DNA of 10,275 nt from a virus. Location of the stretch: the UHGV virus genome UHGV-0180488, one strand, 5' to 3'. The translations under genes and the position numbers were made by a program. The notes beneath the pieces were generated by a model. That model saw only the letters and a list, made by a program, of their open reading frames with translations, searched no databases and was not told the DNA's origin. Of the stretch, positions 5,634 to 10,275 are shown in pieces; the first letter of the stretch is position 1; every line of letters begins with the position of its first letter.

Positions 5634-7139
5634 TTAAATATCCAGTTCCGGCATTTCGACATCCGCCAGCACTTTATCGCGCAAGGCCAGCATTTCAGCC
5701 GTAGCCTCTTCATTTGCAGGGGTGTAATCCACCAGCCAGGCAAAACAGTAGGTATCCCAACGGTCTGGGGAAGGAATATTCAGTTTTTGCCGCATGACTT
5801 TCTTTTCTGTCATTTTAAGCGTGCCGTCTTCCTTCAACTCATAAGGAATACGTGATGCTTGCGTGGCAGTCTTCTCGCTGGAATCAAGCCGCATCCGACC
5901 GCTCATAATCGCATCCCTTGCAGAAAAGTTGGCGAAGGTACGCTGATTTGCATAACGTTTTTTGTCCTCTTTCGAGAACATTGGGGATCCCCACCGTATA
6001 CGGACAGGGCTTGCACCACGGCGTACCAACTGATCAGCCGTTGCCGCGCCGATACCGTCTGAGTCAACAGCAATGGTGATATTGGGGTAACGTTCCTGAG
6101 TGCATTCGTTATAGATAAAGTCGGCAAACATCAGCGGATCCATTGTGCCCGGCATTTCCAGAATCTTAAACGGAACAACGCGGCGTTTTTCACGCTTCCC
6201 TGATACTTTCATGATATTCAGGACAGACTTATCGCGACCATTACCAACGTCAGCGGTAGCCACCCAGCCCCAGTCTTTTTCCAGCAACACCTTGCGCCGT
6301 GCGGCGCGATCACATTCGTCACGACCAAGCAAGTAACCGTTAATTTCTCGCGGGAATTGCCCCAGCACCTTAACCATGTACTCAAGGGAATCCCGCCCAC
6401 CGTATTCAATCAGTTTTTCCTTGATAAATTTAGGCTCAACAAACGGCGACTCTTCCGAATTCAGAATGATCGATGTCCAGGTGCCATTCGGATTATGTTC
6501 GCTTTTCGCATTTTTATGGTGTGAATCATAAAAATAACCACTCGGACGCGTCGGCTGTGACATCATGAGCATACGGTTATCCTTCTCCGTCAATGCCCCG
6601 GTTAAGATGTTTATCGCTTTGTCAGAGATACCTGATGCTTCATCAAGTATCAGGAATAAGTGTTTGGCGTGCTCGCCCGCCAGTGATTCCTCGTTACCAG
6701 GCCTGTAGCCTTTACAAAGCACTTCCCAGATCCCCTTACGTGAGCGTTCGTAAAAAACCGTGTCAGTGAGGATAAAGTATTGTTTAAGCCAGCTATGCCG
6801 TCTGACAGCGTTCTGCCAAAAGATTTTGACGTACTTAAATACACCACTTTTGACCTGGCTAATTTTGTTTGCGACGATGACAACACGCGCATCGGGGAAC
6901 AGAATCATATAGATCAGCAACAGCATGGCTGTCAGGGATGATTTACCCGTACCGTGGCCTGATGTGACCGTTGTTCTGCTGCCAATATCCTGAACGGAAT
7001 TAATGATTTGCTCTTGCTGGTGGGATGGTATCAAGCCAAATAACTCAACAACCGCAAGAGCAAAGTTTAGTCTGTATTTAATCGACAATTGCCGCCAGCG
7101 TGGGTCGCTGGTTACGCACTTAATCTTCCCTCCCGCCAT
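5634..7139 (-). CDS. pacB: Terminase large subunit, PacB-like, 501 aa
   Basis: Walker A TSGHGTGKSS and Walker B LFLILDEASG in the N-terminal half, followed by an acidic nuclease-like region (IAVDSDGIG). Size is similar to P1 PacB. ATG at 7139-7137 with AGAGGAAG upstream, 2 nt after the stop of the upstream gene. Confidence 0.85.
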   Translation of the reverse strand: MAGGKIKCVTSDPRWRQLSIKYRLNFALAVVELFGLIPSHQQEQIINSVQDIGSRTTVTSGHGTGKSSLTAMLLLIYMILFPDARVVIVANKISQVKSGVFKYVKIFWQNAVRRHSWLKQYFILTDTVFYERSRKGIWEVLCKGYRPGNEESLAGEHAKHLFLILDEASGISDKAINILTGALTEKDNRMLMMSQPTRPSGYFYDSHHKNAKSEHNPNGTWTSIILNSEESPFVEPKFIKEKLIEYGGRDSLEYMVKVLGQFPREINGYLLGRDECDRAARRKVLLEKDWGWVATADVGNGRDKSVLNIMKVSGKREKRRVVPFKILEMPGTMDPLMFADFIYNECTQERYPNITIAVDSDGIGAATADQLVRRGASPVRIRWGSPMFSKEDKKRYANQRTFANFSARDAIMSGRMRLDSSEKTATQASRIPYELKEDGTLKMTEKKVMRQKLNIPSPDRWDTYCFAWLVDYTPANEEATAEMLALRDKVLADVEMPELDI

Positions 7140-7141
7140 CG

Positions 7142-8464
7142 TCAGTCTTCCTCTGGCGGGGTAATAGCAATATCGTCGTAAATATCAGCCGTAGCGGATG
7201 GGTCAAGCTCCAGTCCTTCATCATCGGCTTCAAACTCACCAGCTTTTCTTTCACCGTTGGCGTCGTAATCCCCCAGGCCTAACTGGTCAACTACTCTGGC
7301 AACATCTTCACGGCGCTGTTTGAGCCACTCTGAAAGCTCTGCTTTTTGTTTGGCGTACTCTTCGGCTTCACGCTGGATCTGGTCATCATCAACATCACTG
7401 CTGTCAACTACTGGCGGTTCCAGAAGCGTGATAGCTTTCGCCGCACGCGCAGCCAGGATTGCAGGAACACTTACCCCTTGCCGCTCGATGTATTCCGCAA
7501 CACCTATATCGTCCAGTTCTTCGCGCTCGCGCATACGTATAGCGGTTGCAATAACCCTGGCGGCGCGTGCATCAGCGCCAAGACGATAGTCAATCTCTTT
7601 GCTACGTTGCTCTGCCTGTAGGCGTGCAATGTCCAGTTTTTCTCTGGCCTCAGCCTCTTTAAATGCCTGCTGCCGCGCCCCCTGAATCAGTTTTTCCTGG
7701 CCTTGCTGGAGTTTTTGCTCTGTCTGATAAATGGCTGCGAGGCGGCTGATGAAGTCGTTCATGTAATAGGCGGCATCCTGCATGAGGCCGCAGAGACGCT
7801 GGGCCGGGTGTATCCCTTCCGGCTCGCCATCGCCTAAAATATCAATTTCTTTACGTAGCCGTGCCGCCTCCATGTCTACAATTGACTGGTATTCTATGGC
7901 GCGTTCCTGAGCCATCAGGATGGCCTTACGCAGATGTTCAGCCGCACCGTTCTGCATCATTTCACGGGCGACATTTTTCGACGGCAAGGTGGCACATTGT
8001 GCTGATTCGCCGTGGATCATTTGCGATGATCTCTGACTTGAAGATGCCTTTTTATCCTTTTCTGGGATCATTTTTGCTTTTTTATCGGCAAATGATCCCT
8101 TTGATAAATCCACTAACTCACTGTTATCAATGGGCTTATCAGCATGATCCGCGTTACGCTTGCGTGGCATCTCCCTGAATTGACTTGTCGCCGGCTTATT
8201 GTCAGTTTTTGTAAATTCTGATTCTTTTCCGCTCGCTCGTTGCTGTTTTTTTGTCCCACCAGCACGGGGTTGCTGGCGTGTTCTGGCGCGGTTCTTTGAT
8301 GGTTTAACTTTGGCCTGCACCTCATTTTTTTTCATATTGAGATGCTTTCTGGCAGTGTTGAAACTAAGGCCATTTTGTTCACAGTATTCCTTTACCGTGA
8401 TCCCTTTTTCCTCTTTCAGCGCCAGAAACCGGGCACGATGCTCTTCCCAATTAACCAGTGTCAT
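7142..8464 (-). CDS. pacA: Terminase small subunit, PacA-like, 440 aa
   Basis: N-terminal HTH-like segment (ITVKEYCEQNGLSFNTARKHL), a basic low-complexity linker, a coiled-coil-like middle and an acidic C-terminus. It lies immediately upstream of, and is coupled to, the large terminase gene, and contains a GATC cluster like the P1 pac site. Called by synteny and architecture, not by strong sequence recall. Confidence 0.65.
   Translation of the reverse strand: MTLVNWEEHRARFLALKEEKGITVKEYCEQNGLSFNTARKHLNMKKNEVQAKVKPSKNRARTRQQPRAGGTKKQQRASGKESEFTKTDNKPATSQFREMPRKRNADHADKPIDNSELVDLSKGSFADKKAKMIPEKDKKASSSQRSSQMIHGESAQCATLPSKNVAREMMQNGAAEHLRKAILMAQERAIEYQSIVDMEAARLRKEIDILGDGEPEGIHPAQRLCGLMQDAAYYMNDFISRLAAIYQTEQKLQQGQEKLIQGARQQAFKEAEAREKLDIARLQAEQRSKEIDYRLGADARAARVIATAIRMREREELDDIGVAEYIERQGVSVPAILAARAAKAITLLEPPVVDSSDVDDDQIQREAEEYAKQKAELSEWLKQRREDVARVVDQLGLGDYDANGERKAGEFEADDEGLELDPSATADIYDDIAITPPEED
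8015..8149. other. Candidate pac (packaging cleavage) site: cluster of five GATC hexamers inside pacA
   Basis: GATC at 8015, 8028, 8066, 8094 and 8146 (five in 135 bp against about 0.5 expected), in TGATC/GATCA contexts that resemble the TGATCA/G elements of the P1 pac site. The rest of the 1.3-kb gene has only two GATC. Confidence 0.45.
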
Positions 8465-8853
8465 ACAGCAACACCACGGCGTTTAATGGCTTCATTCCAC
8501 AATCTGTTAGCCATGTTCACCAGTTCACGGCGTTCCGTCTGATTCTTGCCAGTGATAAATCGGTTGGAATTCTTTACAAGCAGGCGGTCAAACTGCGGTG
8601 TACGTCCGCGTACCTTAAACTGATACCCGTCAAGGCCATGAAGCCAGTATTTGCGCGGGTATACGCGGTCATCGCGCTCACAAATAGCCCTGCTCGAACG
8701 AACAAAGTGACGGATGATATTGTTAACATTGACACGTGATACGTGAAGATGAGGATATTTATCTTTGGCGAGGGTGGTTATCTCAGTGACTGTAAGATAA
8801 CAGTCTTTCCTGATCATGATATCCGCTATTTCAGCACTGCTGATTTTATCCAT
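8461..8853 (-). CDS. Hypothetical protein, 130 aa, first gene of the packaging operon; possibly an Lpa-like late activator by position only
   Basis: ATG at 8853-8851 with GGGGGGA upstream; its stop overlaps the pacA start (ATGA). In P1 the late-promoter activator gene lpa precedes pacA, but I cannot confirm sequence similarity. Confidence 0.55.
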   Translation of the reverse strand: MDKISSAEIADIMIRKDCYLTVTEITTLAKDKYPHLHVSRVNVNNIIRHFVRSSRAICERDDRVYPRKYWLHGLDGYQFKVRGRTPQFDRLLVKNSNRFITGKNQTERRELVNMANRLWNEAIKRRGVAV

Positions 8854-8933
8854 TAAATCCCCCCGGGCAGAGAATGACCAGGGGTATATTAATCAGTATG
8901 TTAATTGTTTATAGACTGTCTAAAGGCGAGTAG

Positions 8934-8963
8934 TGTTAGAAATTACAGGTTTTATTTCTAACA
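8934..8963. promoter_or_regulatory. Inverted repeat TGTTAGAAAT-N10-ATTTCTAACA upstream of the packaging operon; candidate operator
   Basis: Perfect 10-bp arms at 8934-8943 and 8954-8963 with a 10-bp spacer, containing two inverted copies of the GTTAGAAA 8-mer. It lies between the stop of the 131-aa gene (8964-8966) and the 130-aa gene start (8853), upstream of TATAAA and TAATAT hexamers on the minus strand. Confidence 0.4.
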
Positions 8964-9356
8964 TTACCATCTGCTTAAACGAACAATATGTCTTACTTTT
9001 GCGGACCACTTCCCTTTGGTTTTGTTGACTACCGCCTGCGCCAGCCTTAACTCGCTTTCATAATCAGCCTTACGCCCATCGTTTTCCGACAGCAAATAGC
9101 CTTCAACTTGTGGTACGGTCAGATAGTCCTGATCAACATTAAGTGGTCCTGTGGGTGCTCTGAACGGCGTTAGTTGCTTTGCGTTCCAGTTAAATCGAAT
9201 ACGTACGTCACGAACGGCAAGGGTTGCATACCCATGCACGGTACTTTCGTAACCTAGTTTTGTTTCGCCTGCATGACATGACGTGATTTTGCAGTCAAGC
9301 AACTTCCAGTCCATTTCCTTAGCTTGTGCAACTGTTAGCTTCTGCTCTTCGTACAT
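8964..9356 (-). CDS. Hypothetical protein, about 130 aa
   Basis: ORF on the minus strand. I prefer the ATG at 9356-9354 (GGGAGG 7 nt upstream) to the TTG one codon earlier used in the track. The ATG overlaps the TGA of the upstream gene by 1 nt. Confidence 0.6.
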   Translation of the reverse strand: MYEEQKLTVAQAKEMDWKLLDCKITSCHAGETKLGYESTVHGYATLAVRDVRIRFNWNAKQLTPFRAPTGPLNVDQDYLTVPQVEGYLLSENDGRKADYESELRLAQAVVNKTKGKWSAKVRHIVRLSRW

Positions 9357-9931
9357 CAAAATGCCTCCCAGTCAGTTGCCATAATGTCTACGCTGCTGGC
9401 AAACCAGTCAGAACGTGCTTGCAAAGCACCATCCATCATTACCAGACGTGGAAGCACGGAGACTTTGACGCCCTTTTGCACGTTGAATATTTCTTCCGGA
9501 AGAAAGCTAACCATCTTGTCCTTACTTTCAATGCAGCCGGGTTCAAGTGATATGTACTGTCCTTTAGGCCAGGATTTTCGGCGTGCGTCTAATCCGTTCA
9601 TTAACCAGTGGATTGCGACAGAAAAAGGAATGTTTGCTTTGGCAATGGACAGTCCACCAGCGACAGCCTGTTTATGAAACTTGAGGAGTTTTACAGCGGC
9701 CTCGGCAAGCGCAACATAAGGTTCTGGATGGACTTCGGTAAGGCTGCATCCACGAACTGTTACTGTCACAGCATGGGAATCGCCTTCTGATGCCGTTTCG
9801 ATGTTGACCCCTTTGTTTGACAGTGCGTGATACAAAGCGTCACCCATGCATGACCAGCGTTCATTGCGTCCAATGAACTCACTCAGGATGCGATCCTGCT
9901 CTGTATACGTTGCATTAGTCAAAACAGTCAT
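9356..9931 (-). CDS. Hypothetical protein, 191 aa
   Basis: ORF with a strong ribosome-binding site (AAAGGAGAGG before the ATG at 9931-9929), coupled to the next gene. No motif recognised. Confidence 0.65.
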   Translation of the reverse strand: MTVLTNATYTEQDRILSEFIGRNERWSCMGDALYHALSNKGVNIETASEGDSHAVTVTVRGCSLTEVHPEPYVALAEAAVKLLKFHKQAVAGGLSIAKANIPFSVAIHWLMNGLDARRKSWPKGQYISLEPGCIESKDKMVSFLPEEIFNVQKGVKVSVLPRLVMMDGALQARSDWFASSVDIMATDWEAF

Positions 9932-10275
9932 AACCTCTCCTTTCCTTCAGACGTAACTATTCCCCGGATACCCGGTAGTGTGTGTCTTGTTTCGTATTAG
10001 TATGAGATACAGCCTTAGCGACTATATGATGGGTTGAGATAGGGTTGTGGCGGTGGTGCCTCCACCTGCCAGGACAGCCACCCCTGGCGACGACACTTAC
10101 CAGAACGATTTTGTTTATACAAAAAAGTTGAAGAAAATGGCTTCGTCACGTGCGCATAGCCGCAATTACCACAACGGTAAGGATGTTCATTGCATCGACC
10201 GCCAAGGGCTGCTTTTCGATGATGACTCTACTTCGCAAGCGATAATGACGCGCTAATCAAACACCCTTACCTGTT

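Noticed and set aside
5859-8486. Short ORFs inside the pacB-like and pacA-like genes on both strands
   Set aside because: Nested in two genes with terminase architecture; no independent support.
8934-8963. Reading the inverted repeat as a Rho-independent terminator for the 131-aa gene
   Set aside because: The stem is entirely AT-rich apart from two G-C pairs and is not followed by a U-tract on either strand. A protein-binding palindrome is more consistent.
10047-10256. 69-aa plus-strand ORF at the right end (GTG start; internal ATG at 10138 giving 39 aa)
   Set aside because: No convincing ribosome-binding site for the GTG start, no motif, and it lies in the likely promoter region of the divergent 191-aa operon. 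Not excluded as a small gene, but unsupported.
1-10275. tRNA, rRNA, CRISPR arrays, IS elements or integrase attachment sites
   Set aside because: No tandem direct repeats with spacers, no cloverleaf-like sequence and no transposase-like ORF were seen. The only recombination site is the rox-like palindrome.

Overview
This window looks like the packaging-immunity-recombination core of a P1-related plasmid prophage of the D6 type, flanked on the left by an accessory operon of unknown function. Left to right: the 3' end of a doc toxin gene (cut by the window edge); a five-gene minus-strand operon (114 aa, 163 aa tandem winged-helix protein, dUTPase, 222 aa protein with a C-terminal DUF2829/Tad2-like domain, 268 aa protein with a poly-acidic tail); a Cre-family recombinase that I read as Dre; an AT-rich control region carrying a rox-like target site (14-bp inverted arms, 4-bp GCCA spacer); a C1-like repressor gene; and convergent PacA-like and PacB-like terminase genes preceded by three small coupled ORFs. 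The most interesting candidate is the accessory operon between dre and doc, in particular the DUF2829-fusion protein, which I propose as a possible anti-defence (signal sponge) module. Other observations are an 8-mer (GTTAGAAA) found five times, only in intergenic control positions, a GATC cluster inside pacA that may be the pac site, and GATC pairs at the predicted dre transcription start. All homology statements rest on my reading of the translations and on recalled reference sequences; no database search was run. No tRNA, rRNA, CRISPR array or IS element was seen.
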